This document shows positions 1 to 8,421 of a stretch of DNA of 24,000 nt, piece by piece. The notes beneath the pieces were generated by a model, which was given only the letters and a program-made list of their open reading frames with translations, was not told the DNA's origin and made no database searches. The translations under genes and the position numbers were made by a program. Numbering within the stretch: position 1 is the stretch's first letter; every line of letters begins with the position of its first letter. The stretch is from Prolixibacteraceae bacterium (GTDB taxonomy: Bacteria > Bacteroidota > Bacteroidia > Bacteroidales > Prolixibacteraceae): positions 57,848 to 81,847 of the forward strand of contig DATERL010000142.1 of NCBI GenBank assembly GCA_035271585.1, written 5' to 3'.

Positions 1-96
1 AAGAAGGATTAAATAAAAAATCGGCTGTTGGTACCATTTCGTATATGCCTCCAATTTTTGGCTGCCACATTGCAGGAATTGCTATCAACGATATAA

Positions 97-2025
97 TTAA
101 TAGCTAATTACACGCAATTCCGACCGTCGATTTTTACGCCTTCCTTCATCGGTTTTATTATCAGCAACTGGTAAAATCGCTCCATATCCTTTTGCTTGAA
201 TTCTTTTTGAATCGATTTTTTGGTGAAGATAATCAGCGATGGCAGCAGCCCGTTGTTCCGAAAGTTTCAGGTTATAAGCATCGTTACCAATATTGTCGGT
301 ATGCCCCGAAATTTCAATATTCACCTTTGTATTCATTTTTAAAAATGCGATAATTTCTTCTAATTCAGTAATCGATTCAGGCTTTAAGTCGTACGAATTG
401 TGGTCGAAGAAAACATTATTAAGTACCACCCGGGCATCAACAGCAATGGGCTGTAGACCAATATTAAAAACCTCAGCATTGTTGAAATCCGAAGGTTTTG
501 TTAAGTCAAAACGGCGTGAATAAAACAAATATCCAGGCATCGATATATTAAAAGCGTAAGTTGAATGATAATCGAGGGTTATTAAATAGCCATCGTGTTG
601 GTCGGCAATAAGCGAATGGTTTTTTCCGGTTTCAATTTGGCTTAATTCAATTTTGGCACTAAGCTTTTTATTGGATAGTAAATCGTACACCACGCCCTTG
701 ACATAACCAGTTTTGTTAGGTTGAAATTGTTCGGGTAACTGCATCATGTACAAATCTTTCGAATTATTAAAAGCCCCTACTCTATCTGATGAAAAAACCG
801 CCAGGTGTGCGGTAGGCGATACCACCAATCCATCGTCGTTAAAATTCGTATTAATTGGGCTCCCCAAATTTACCGCAACTTGCCAGTGTTCGTTATCAAA
901 ACGCGAAAGGTAACAATCGGAATTACCCAGTCCGTAATGCCCAGTCGATGCATAATAAAGTGTTTTTCCATCGGCATGAATAAAAGGGGAATAATCATCA
1001 TCGGTAGTGTTTACCCCACGTCCTAAGTTTTGCGCTTCGCCAAACTGCAATTTCCCATTTTTGATGTCAATAATTGGCGCACACCAAATGTCTTTTTTGC
1101 CCAGTCCACCAGGCCTATTCGATGCCCAATACAACATATCGGCATAAGCCGACACCGAAGGTTGGGCTTCCCAGTGAAAAGAATTCACCATGTTGCCAGC
1201 ATTAATTGACGGTCCCCAAACTCCATCGGTTTTTAAGCGATAAAAAATATCACAACTGCCCAGCCCATCGGAGCGACCACATGCGGTAAAAAAAAGCAAA
1301 CGACCATCGGCAGACATACTCAATGTTCCTTCGTTTACTTCGTCGGATCCACCCAACGAAAGCACCTCGGCCATAAGCCAGTTTTCATTCTCTGATTGCG
1401 AGCAAAACATCCGTTCAAAAAGAAAAGGTTTTTCGTTGCTTATTAAACGAGTAAAATAAAGTATCGAATCGTCGGCCGAAATAAAAGGCCAGTACTCGTT
1501 TTCGGCAGTATTAACAGTTGAATCGAGGTGAATTATTTCCATATCGATTTTGTTTTCGCTTAGCTGCTTTGCCGCGTTACACCTTTCGATAAATGCAGCA
1601 ACAAAGGAAGAATCAGCTTTTGGAGCCAATTTATCATACAATTCGATGTTATGAAAAGCTTTTTCATAAAGCCCCCGAGAAAAATATATTTGTGCCAATA
1701 ACTTAGCAACCAGCGGGTATTTTAGCGAATCGCGTTTCATTACATTTTCAAGTGCGAATAATTGTTGCTCCTGGTTTTGATTTTCTTTAGCAATATCGGC
1801 CATCAGCAACCAAGCCTTCAGGTTATTAACATCGGATTTGAGTGAAAGGTTTAGCAAGTTTTCGGCTTGAGCATTAAACCCTGACTGATAAGCACTTATT
1901 GCCTTATTAAAATAATTAATTGATTTTTTGGAAACACCTTTTGAAAAGACTTCACTGGCGTTAAAAAGCAAAAATATTGCTAACAACAATATGACAAAAA
2001 GAGAGAAGTGCTTTCGATTATACAT
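97..2025 (-). CDS. OmpA-family envelope protein with N-terminal TPR region, PD40/TolB-like beta-propeller repeats and C-terminal OmpA peptidoglycan-binding domain
   Basis: 642-aa ORF with ATG start and a Sec signal (FSLFVILLLAIFLLFNASEVFS). Repeated PD40-like motifs: EYWPFISADDSILYFT, SMSADGRLLFFTA, DYSPFIHADGKTLYYAS. C-terminal OmpA_C signature: NVFFDHNSYDL...ISGHTDNIGNDAYNLKLSEQRAAAIADYL...RRKNRRSELRV. Confidence 0.85.
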   Translation of the reverse strand: MYNRKHFSLFVILLLAIFLLFNASEVFSKGVSKKSINYFNKAISAYQSGFNAQAENLLNLSLKSDVNNLKAWLLMADIAKENQNQEQQLFALENVMKRDSLKYPLVAKLLAQIYFSRGLYEKAFHNIELYDKLAPKADSSFVAAFIERCNAAKQLSENKIDMEIIHLDSTVNTAENEYWPFISADDSILYFTRLISNEKPFLFERMFCSQSENENWLMAEVLSLGGSDEVNEGTLSMSADGRLLFFTACGRSDGLGSCDIFYRLKTDGVWGPSINAGNMVNSFHWEAQPSVSAYADMLYWASNRPGGLGKKDIWCAPIIDIKNGKLQFGEAQNLGRGVNTTDDDYSPFIHADGKTLYYASTGHYGLGNSDCYLSRFDNEHWQVAVNLGSPINTNFNDDGLVVSPTAHLAVFSSDRVGAFNNSKDLYMMQLPEQFQPNKTGYVKGVVYDLLSNKKLSAKIELSQIETGKNHSLIADQHDGYLITLDYHSTYAFNISMPGYLFYSRRFDLTKPSDFNNAEVFNIGLQPIAVDARVVLNNVFFDHNSYDLKPESITELEEIIAFLKMNTKVNIEISGHTDNIGNDAYNLKLSEQRAAAIADYLHQKIDSKRIQAKGYGAILPVADNKTDEGRRKNRRSELRVISY

Positions 2026-2065
2026 TAATATAAGTAGTTGAAACTATTTGTTGAGATATGGAGTG

Positions 2066-2073
2066 CAAATTTA
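2066..2073 (-). promoter_or_regulatory. Candidate Bacteroidota -7 promoter box (TAAATTTG on the minus strand) for the OmpA-family gene
   Basis: Plus-strand CAAATTTA is minus-strand TAAATTTG, which matches the TAnnTTTG consensus. It lies 41 nt upstream of the ATG at 2025. The motif is short, so a chance match in AT-rich DNA is possible. Confidence 0.3.
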
Positions 2074-2154
2074 AGGCCTAAACAATCATCACACTTAGCC
2101 TCAATAATAAATAGTCATTTATAAATACTAAAGTACTTAACTGAAGGGCAATTG

Positions 2155-4032
2155 TTATTTTACAATTAAGCGAGAATATCCGCCAATTGGTATTTCAATC
2201 AAGGCCACGTCACGTTTAAAGCTCAACGTTCCTCGGCGAATGTATTCACCTTTATAATCGTAAGTAATGTAATCAACCTTACTTGTTGGCAACCCCTTAA
2301 CCGAAACGAATGGATAAGCTGATGAGTTAATAACATCGGCAATTTCAAAATCGAAATACCCCAAATCGAAAGGTGCTATTCGATCGTAGAAGACCAAAAT
2401 ATTTTTTGTTTGATTTCCGCCCAACAAAGCGGTGTACTTCTGAACCGGATTATAGGCTTTAAAATCGCTTTGAAGCAAGAATTCAGCATTCGATTTCCAG
2501 TATTTTACCCAAAACCGTAATGTTTGCTGTAATTCTTCGGGTAATGTATATGAAAAATAAGAAACATAGGGCGTTGCAAAAATAATTGATTGAAATTTTC
2601 GAGCCACATCAACCGGGGAATCTTTAGGATGAATACCCATTACTTCCATAAACGGACTGTACTCGCCATATAGCAATCGGTTATTGACCATTTTCTCACG
2701 TACTTCGGTTAGCGCTGTAGTTCCTAAGAATCCATTTATCGAACGAGTATTTGAAGTGTGCAATGGACCAACAGCGGGATAGCTTTGGTTTATGGACATT
2801 TCAGGATTTTCATAAAGCATTTCATACTCCATATAAGTACGGAGCGAATCGAGTGCTTTGCGAACCGAAACAAAATCGCGTCCACGATCTTCGGTAATAA
2901 TAATGTGTTCGTTGGGATAATAGCCATTTAAAAAATTGAACCAAATACCGTCGACCTGCCATTCCGAAACAATGGATGAATACATTTTGGTTAGGTATTC
3001 GCGCACTTCGGGATAACGGATATCTAAAGCGGGTTGGCTTGATGTACGATATTGCAAATATTTTCCATCGAATTTTTTGAACACATAATTATGTGCCCCA
3101 ATTATGGGTTGAGAATACCAAAGCGCCACTTTCATTTTTGATTCGCGCACTTTAGCCATAAAATCTTTAACAATAGTAATATTTGAAGCATCCCACATAC
3201 CGCTTGAGTCAACTTCGAAACGAACAACGTTTTGCCAAGCATCGTCAAACAATACTGATTGAAAGCCCATTGAAGAAATTGAATCGAAATAAAAAGTAAT
3301 ATTTTCGAGCGGAATATTACGATCCATAGGATACCAAACAGAATATACTGGGAGTAATGATAAATCGACTTTTGTTATTTTAGTTTTGGTATTTTTATCG
3401 AGGCGCCATTGCGATACGTCCCTAATTGAACTGGAAAATTGGCTGTTCGATAAATCGATCATAATTTGTGTGTTATATTCAAGCACTTCGGCATCGGGAA
3501 CTGCATTATTAAAATAATTAAAGCTAAACACCAATGAATCAGTGATCTGTTTAATATCAATCTGCGTGTATTGGTCGTTAAAATTATCGAAGGTGCCAAG
3601 TGTTATGCGGTTTTGACTTTCACGGGTCAATGCCGAAACAAGATTATAAGTTGATTGCAAACGTGAATAGTTGGGCATATTCACAAACGATAAATTTGAC
3701 CAAGTACGAGAACTCCATAAAGAGTAAATCATACTTTGGGGATACTTCAGGTTCAAAACAAAGCGGGGAAGTGCTGAAGGAAAGTCGGTGTATAAACTCA
3801 AATTAATGAGATATTTATTAACATCGATCGTGTCAATCCTTATTTCGGTATTAAAAGGCTGTAAATCACCTATTATTTCAATCATATTGAGGTCGAAATC
3901 AATATTTTCAACTTCGTCAGGTTCCTTTACTGTCTCCAAGTTCGATGAAGATTTTGGACTACAGGCATTAACCATTACAATGATTACAACCGTAAAAAGA
4001 ATTCCTCTTATAATTTCAATTACACTGTTCAT
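2155..4032 (-). CDS. Lipoprotein of unknown function, possibly a TIM-barrel glycoside-hydrolase-like protein
   Basis: 625-aa ORF with ATG start and a signal peptide plus lipobox (IIVMVNAC). The central region carries VLFDDAWQ and VDGIWFNF motifs reminiscent of retaining alpha-glycosidase barrels (DDGW / DG.W.D-type). It is flanked by beta-rich N- and C-terminal regions. The functional call rests on motif resemblance only. Confidence 0.5.
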   Translation of the reverse strand: MNSVIEIIRGILFTVVIIVMVNACSPKSSSNLETVKEPDEVENIDFDLNMIEIIGDLQPFNTEIRIDTIDVNKYLINLSLYTDFPSALPRFVLNLKYPQSMIYSLWSSRTWSNLSFVNMPNYSRLQSTYNLVSALTRESQNRITLGTFDNFNDQYTQIDIKQITDSLVFSFNYFNNAVPDAEVLEYNTQIMIDLSNSQFSSSIRDVSQWRLDKNTKTKITKVDLSLLPVYSVWYPMDRNIPLENITFYFDSISSMGFQSVLFDDAWQNVVRFEVDSSGMWDASNITIVKDFMAKVRESKMKVALWYSQPIIGAHNYVFKKFDGKYLQYRTSSQPALDIRYPEVREYLTKMYSSIVSEWQVDGIWFNFLNGYYPNEHIIITEDRGRDFVSVRKALDSLRTYMEYEMLYENPEMSINQSYPAVGPLHTSNTRSINGFLGTTALTEVREKMVNNRLLYGEYSPFMEVMGIHPKDSPVDVARKFQSIIFATPYVSYFSYTLPEELQQTLRFWVKYWKSNAEFLLQSDFKAYNPVQKYTALLGGNQTKNILVFYDRIAPFDLGYFDFEIADVINSSAYPFVSVKGLPTSKVDYITYDYKGEYIRRGTLSFKRDVALIEIPIGGYSRLIVK

Positions 4033-4327
4033 AATTTGCTTAACTATTTCAAGTTACAATTAAAACTATTTACCTACTCTGCAACTCACCATTAAACTCA
4101 TTTTCCAAAACCCTATTTATCAACACATTACTAACAATGTAAATCATGTTAGTTATCTAACAAACTATAAATGCACTAAATTAAGATATTTTGAAGTTTA
4201 TCGGCACAAAACAAGAAAAAAATTTTCATTTTCTTCCACAACTTCTAAAAAATAAGATTTTAATCGTATAACAAAATAGGTTTAATATGTGCTTAAAACA
4301 ATCGCCTTTTATATATTTGCCTTTATA

Positions 4328-5029
4328 ATGCTAAAGCTTCGAAAACTATATTCAGATCATAAAAACGGAATCATTTTCACGTTGCTATTTCACATCGTTG
4401 TTTTTCTAATGCTTAATATTGGTCAGTTTAGAATTAAACAGGAATTTAAAGAAACTGAAATGATTATTGACTTTCCCTTTGAACCGATCGCTGAGCCGAT
4501 TGTTCAGCAGCAAGAAAATATCGAGAAAAGCAATTATTCATCTGTTCAGCAAACCAATATTGCATCAAACAGAGCAACAAGCAACAAGAATATTTTCGAC
4601 AAACAACTTCAACGGGAATTAGAAGAAGCGCAAGATTTGGTTAGCCGAGTAAGCAAACAACTGCAAAAAGAAATACCGACCATTGACAACCTAAAAATGC
4701 CAGAAGAAACCACCGAAGGCTTGGATCCCGATTCAATCATGAACAAACTTTATTCGGGCAACAGTAACGTAGAATATTTTCTCGAAAACCGCTACCACAT
4801 TCGCTTACCAATACCAGTTTACTTATCGCAATACGAAGGTTTTGTTACCGTAAATATAGTGGTTGACATAAAAGGACAGGTCATTAGTGCCGAACCAACA
4901 AATTCAAACTTAAACGAGCAACTGCTTTCGTATGCTAAAACTGCAGCAATGCGTACACGTTTTAATCCCGACAATAAAGCGACCAAAAATCAAACCGGCT
5001 ACATCAAATACCATTTCATTGCACAATAG
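4328..5029 (+). CDS. TonB C-terminal-domain (energy transducer-like) membrane-anchored protein
   Basis: The ORF track starts at GTG 4289; I prefer ATG 4328 (MLKLRKLYSDHKNG...). There is one N-terminal TM helix (IIFTLLFHIVVFLMLNI) and a charged linker. The C-terminal ~80 aa (YEGFVTVNIVVDIKGQVISAEP...AKTAAMRTRFNPD...GYIKYHF) fit the TonB_C pattern. Confidence 0.65.
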   Translation: MLKLRKLYSDHKNGIIFTLLFHIVVFLMLNIGQFRIKQEFKETEMIIDFPFEPIAEPIVQQQENIEKSNYSSVQQTNIASNRATSNKNIFDKQLQRELEEAQDLVSRVSKQLQKEIPTIDNLKMPEETTEGLDPDSIMNKLYSGNSNVEYFLENRYHIRLPIPVYLSQYEGFVTVNIVVDIKGQVISAEPTNSNLNEQLLSYAKTAAMRTRFNPDNKATKNQTGYIKYHFIAQ

Positions 5030-5148
5030 AGCATTTAAATGTTAACTAATGATAAATCTTTCAACCATTTAACAAGTATTAACGTTTTTGAGTTTGCCTT
5101 TTTGTTAGCAATGGGATATATTTGTAATAGGTTTAGTTTTCATAAATT

Positions 5149-5194
5149 TTAGGTTTAGTTAGATTAGTTAGGTTAGTTAGGTTAGTTTAATTAG
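5149..5194. repeat. Short tandem repeat built on TTAG/TTAGG (9-bp unit TTAGTTAGG)
   Basis: TTAGTTAGG occurs perfectly at 5164-5172 and 5173-5181, with degenerate copies on both sides. TAGGTTTAGTT occurs at 5128-5138 and again at 5150-5160. The plus strand contains no C from 5142 to 5211. Confidence 0.8.
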
Positions 5195-5197
5195 AAA

Positions 5198-5230
5198 AGG
5201 ATAGGTTGTTCAATCTATCCTTCTTTTTTC
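5198..5230. terminator. Hairpin terminator between convergent genes
   Basis: AAGGATAG (5198-5205), a 10-nt loop, then CTATCCTT (5216-5223), followed by CTTTTTT on the plus strand. On the minus strand the hairpin begins 10 nt after the SxtJ-like stop, but its U-tail is weaker (UUCUAAUU). Confidence 0.55.
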
Positions 5231-5239
5231 TTCAAAGTT

Positions 5240-5605
5240 TCACCAAATATTTTTAAAATCGCTGCCAACATACTTATGTCCCCGCGTAACCCATTGCGTT
5301 TCACCCAAATGTTTTAGTTTCATTGGATTTTTATTAAATAAATTATGAAGTAATGCGATTGGAACCAACAAAAAGAAAAACATGATTCCCAAAACAATTT
5401 TTGAAACAACAAAACCTAAAATATCGCCCAAATTAAACCAAGCACGTGCAATAATATCGGCCAGTGGCTTAATAAAAACTCCAATACTACCCACCACAAC
5501 CGAAACGTAAAGAAGGTATGTTTTGTCGAAAACCAAGAATAAAACTAAAAAACCGGTCACAATTACCAGTAAAGCTTCGTTTGTTTTATTATTACGTTTT
5601 ACCAT
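5240..5605 (-). CDS. SxtJ-like small membrane protein
   Basis: 121-aa ORF with ATG start and 3 predicted TM helices. It is the last gene of a tight operon with a carbamoyltransferase and a DUF5989 protein. This matches the sxtI-J-K-type arrangement. Its size and topology also fit the SxtJ family membrane proteins I recall. Confidence 0.6.
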   Translation of the reverse strand: MVKRNNKTNEALLVIVTGFLVLFLVFDKTYLLYVSVVVGSIGVFIKPLADIIARAWFNLGDILGFVVSKIVLGIMFFFLLVPIALLHNLFNKNPMKLKHLGETQWVTRGHKYVGSDFKNIW

Positions 5606-5620
5606 GAGTTGTAGATTTAA

Positions 5621-5770
5621 TCAAAATAGAGTATAAATAAATGGAGCCAAAGCACTACCAGAGCTTAAAATAATAAGTAAACCTAACAATACAAAAATGA
5701 TGAACATTGGAATTAACCACCATTTTTTTCGTTCTTTCATGTAGTTCCAAAAATCTCTTAAAAAATCCAT
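5621..5770 (-). CDS. DUF5989 (SxtK-like) small membrane protein
   Basis: The track ORF 5621..5842 overlaps the upstream gene, so I prefer the internal ATG at 5770. That gives a 49-aa product, MDFLRDFWNYMKERKKWWLIPMFIIFVLLGLLIILSSGSALAPFIYTLF. The KKWW-TM-APFIYTLF layout is the family hallmark as I recall it. Confidence 0.75.
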   Translation of the reverse strand: MDFLRDFWNYMKERKKWWLIPMFIIFVLLGLLIILSSGSALAPFIYTLF

Positions 5771-5814
5771 ACTTATATATTTTTTATGCGAAGATAAGAT
5801 TTGCCAATCATATT

Positions 5815-7674
5815 TTAATCGAGTATAAAATCTTCTTGCCAATTATCTGTTTTATCCCACTCGGGTTGATCTTCTTTTTTAAAAACAAAGTCGTTTATTA
5901 CCAAGTAATCCATTTCGGTGCGCATAAAGCATCGGTAAGCATCGTCGGGGGTGCAAACAATGGGTTCGCCCCTCACATTAAAGCTTGTATTAACAATAAG
6001 GCCTACTCCTGTCAATTTTTTGAACGCATCGATTAGTTTCCAATAGCGCTCGTTGGTTTCACGATGAACGGTTTGAACCCTTGCCGACAGATCGATATGA
6101 GTTATTGCAGGCACTTGGCTCCTTTCAACGTATAAGCGCTCAATTAAAGACAGCTTAAAATAATTTTCGGGTAAAGGTTTGAGTTTTGACTTCTTTACCT
6201 TAGCCACCATTAGCATATAAGGCGAAGGAACCGTCAAATCGAAATAATCTGCGTTATCTTCGGCCAAAACCGACGGGGCAAAGGGTCTAAAACTTTCGTG
6301 GTATTTTATCTTCAAGTTCAGTTTTTTCTGCATTTCCTTGTTTCGGGCATCGCCCAAAATGCTGCGATTGCCTAAAGCACGTGGGCCAAATTCCATGCGC
6401 CCCTGAAACCACCCCACCACTTTTCCATCGTTAATGTATTTTGCCACTTCGCTAGCCAGCAGGTCATATTGATCGAAAAGCGTGTATTTTGCATTGTACT
6501 GCTTCGTTGTTTTAACAACCTCTTTATTTGAAAAAGCAGGTCCTAGATAAGCGCCTTCCATACCATCAGCACCTAAGTTTTCCCTTTCTTTGCTAAAATG
6601 AATATAATAGGCTGCTAAAGCTGCACCAAGCGCACCACCAGCATCACCGGCTGCAGGCTGAATAAAAATATTCTGAAAAATATTTTCATTCAGCAATTTC
6701 CCATTGGCCACACAATTAAGTGCGACTCCCCCGGCCAGGCAAAGGTTTTGGGCATTGGTAAGCTCTTTGGCGTGCAAGGCCATCGCCAAGATTATCTCTT
6801 CGGTTACGTTCTGAATGGCATAAGCCAAATCGCAATGACACTGCTCAATCGCATTCTCGGGCAAACGTCGCTTAAAGCCAAAAAGTAATGCCCATTTTTT
6901 GTCAGGCACCATTCGTAAACCGGTTGCATAGCTAAAGTATTTCTGATTTAACCAAACCGAACCATCAGTATTAATTTCAACCAGCTTATTTTTAATAATT
7001 TCGACATACTTTTTCACATTATCAGATTCAGGTATTCCATAGGGTGCAAGCCCCATTAATTTATATTCACCTGAATTAACCCTAAAACCAAGATAGTAAG
7101 TAAAAGCCGAATACAATAAACCCAAGGAATGAGGAAAATGCAGCTCTTTCAGTATTTTAATGCTATTACCGTTTCCTTCCGATATCGATGCTGTGGCCCA
7201 CTCACCCACTCCATCGATAGTTAATATGGCCGATTTTTCGAAACCCGAAGGAAAAAACGCACTGCCCGCATGAGAAAGATGGTGCTCGGTAAATAGTAAT
7301 GTTAGCTTTTTCTTATCGTAGGGTTCAATCGTTTTTAAGCTATCGTAAATGATTTTTTTTAGAAAAACTTTTTCTTTTAGCCAAACAGGTATGGCCGTAA
7401 CAAACGAAGCAAACCCTTTGGGCGCAAAACCATAATAAGTTTCGAGCAACCTTTCGAATTTCAGCATGGGCTTATCGTAAAACACAATGGCATCGAGCCG
7501 ATCGATAGTCAAATCTGCCTTGTCGAGACAATACTTAACGGCGTTAACTGGGAACGAGGGATCATGTTTTTTACGGGTAAAACGCTCTTCCTGCGCTGCG
7601 GCAATAATTTTTCCATCTTCGACCAATGCTGCTGCCGAGTCGTGATAAAATGCCGAAATTCCTAGTATTACCAT
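5815..7674 (-). CDS. Carbamoyltransferase, NodU/CmcH/TobZ family
   Basis: 619-aa ORF. The N-terminus ILGISAFYHDSAAALVEDGKIIAAAQEERFTRKKHD is the ASKHA/Kae1-like carbamoyltransferase N domain. It also has FTEHHLSHAGSAF and GVALNCVANG. The C-terminal YrdC-like carbamoyltransferase_C region includes FRPFAPS and VNTSFNVRGEPIV. Confidence 0.9.
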   Translation of the reverse strand: MVILGISAFYHDSAAALVEDGKIIAAAQEERFTRKKHDPSFPVNAVKYCLDKADLTIDRLDAIVFYDKPMLKFERLLETYYGFAPKGFASFVTAIPVWLKEKVFLKKIIYDSLKTIEPYDKKKLTLLFTEHHLSHAGSAFFPSGFEKSAILTIDGVGEWATASISEGNGNSIKILKELHFPHSLGLLYSAFTYYLGFRVNSGEYKLMGLAPYGIPESDNVKKYVEIIKNKLVEINTDGSVWLNQKYFSYATGLRMVPDKKWALLFGFKRRLPENAIEQCHCDLAYAIQNVTEEIILAMALHAKELTNAQNLCLAGGVALNCVANGKLLNENIFQNIFIQPAAGDAGGALGAALAAYYIHFSKERENLGADGMEGAYLGPAFSNKEVVKTTKQYNAKYTLFDQYDLLASEVAKYINDGKVVGWFQGRMEFGPRALGNRSILGDARNKEMQKKLNLKIKYHESFRPFAPSVLAEDNADYFDLTVPSPYMLMVAKVKKSKLKPLPENYFKLSLIERLYVERSQVPAITHIDLSARVQTVHRETNERYWKLIDAFKKLTGVGLIVNTSFNVRGEPIVCTPDDAYRCFMRTEMDYLVINDFVFKKEDQPEWDKTDNWQEDFILD

Positions 7675-7746
7675 AAACCACTATAATTAGAAGAAAAAAT
7701 TATTGTGATGATCTACAATTATCAAGAACAATTCAAAACCTACAAT

Positions 7747-7754
7747 CAAAATTA
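7747..7754 (-). promoter_or_regulatory. Candidate -7 promoter box (TAATTTTG on the minus strand) for the carbamoyltransferase operon
   Basis: Plus-strand CAAAATTA is minus-strand TAATTTTG, which matches TAnnTTTG. It lies 73 nt upstream of the ATG at 7674, in a 250-bp divergent AT-rich intergenic region. Confidence 0.3.
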
Positions 7755-7924
7755 ATTGAAAAAAAATAGATCAAATCAATTAAAATAGTTTTTTTTGATT
7801 TTTATCAAAGTCTTTATCTTAAATATAAAACCGAGTTATATATTTTCAAGCACAAATCTAAAAAAAACATTGATTTTATTAACATTGTAAGCTAATTGAA
7901 AATTGTTTCGCTTTTTTACTGAAA

Positions 7925-8362
7925 ATGAAAGAAAAAAGAATTATTGGCCGTAAAGATAAAGTTTGTATCCCTGATTTAGGTATCGAAAACGTATCGGCAA
8001 AAATCGACACCGGTGCTTATACTTCATCCATACACTGTCATCATATTGAAGAAGTTGAGATTGATGGAAAAGCAGCAATATGCTTTGAACTATTTGACCC
8101 CAAGCATAAAAATTATACCCATAAAGAAATCGTAGCTGATATCTACAAACAAAAGCAGATTAAAAGCTCAACTGGCCATACCGAAAAGCGATACATTATT
8201 AAAACCACCATCATGCTATTTGGCGAGTTGTACCCCATTGAATTATCGCTTAGCAAGCGAGGTACCATGAAGTATCCCATCCTTATCGGTCGCAAATTAC
8301 TCAACAAGAAATTTATAGTCGATACCTCAAAAAATAACCTTTCGTACAAGGCTTCACGTTAA
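7925..8362 (+). CDS. RimK-associated retropepsin-like protease (DUF785, also annotated 'putative ATP-dependent zinc protease'; RimB-type)
   Basis: 145-aa ORF immediately upstream of rimK. It has GRKDKVCIPDLGIENVSAKIDTGAYTSSIH with a D-T-G-A aspartic-protease-like motif, and a C-terminal PILIGRKLL. This is the typical size and position for the family. Confidence 0.8.
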   Translation: MKEKRIIGRKDKVCIPDLGIENVSAKIDTGAYTSSIHCHHIEEVEIDGKAAICFELFDPKHKNYTHKEIVADIYKQKQIKSSTGHTEKRYIIKTTIMLFGELYPIELSLSKRGTMKYPILIGRKLLNKKFIVDTSKNNLSYKASR

Positions 8363-8421
8363 TAATTCTTTTATCTTTCGCCCCTTAAAAAAAATGAAAG
8401 AAACAACTGTAAAATACTGAA

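Noticed and set aside
1-96. The left edge could be the end of a plus-strand gene (…KKD, stop at 10-12). It could also be the start of a minus-strand ORF (…MWQPKIGGIYEMVPTADFLFNPS running off the edge).
   Set aside because: It is too short to decide frame or strand, and no motif was recognised.
4289-4327. N-terminal extensions from non-ATG starts in the ORF track: GTG 4289, TTG 9326, TTG 16325, 18628, TTG 19472, TTG 20885 and the 5842 start of the DUF5989 ORF.
   Set aside because: In each case an in-frame ATG a few codons downstream gives the family-typical N-terminus. It also removes overlap with the upstream gene or, for pyrB, with the terminator T-tract. Start choice remains unverified. 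Only the lptD-like gene seems to require TTG.
5149-5194. Resemblance of the TTAGG-containing repeat to eukaryotic telomere repeats (TTAGG/TTAGGG).
   Set aside because: The unit is TTAGTTAGG with degenerate copies. It is internal to a bacterial gene-dense region and only about 45 bp long. This is coincidental low-complexity similarity, not evidence of contamination or a telomere.
8394-8420. An 8-codon mini-ORF (MKETTVKY) ends 1 nt before the rimK ATG. Its first 10 nt are identical to the start of the upstream protease gene.
   Set aside because: Tiny ORFs arise easily in A-rich spacers, and the shared ATGAAAGAAA is low-complexity. There is no way to support translation from sequence alone.
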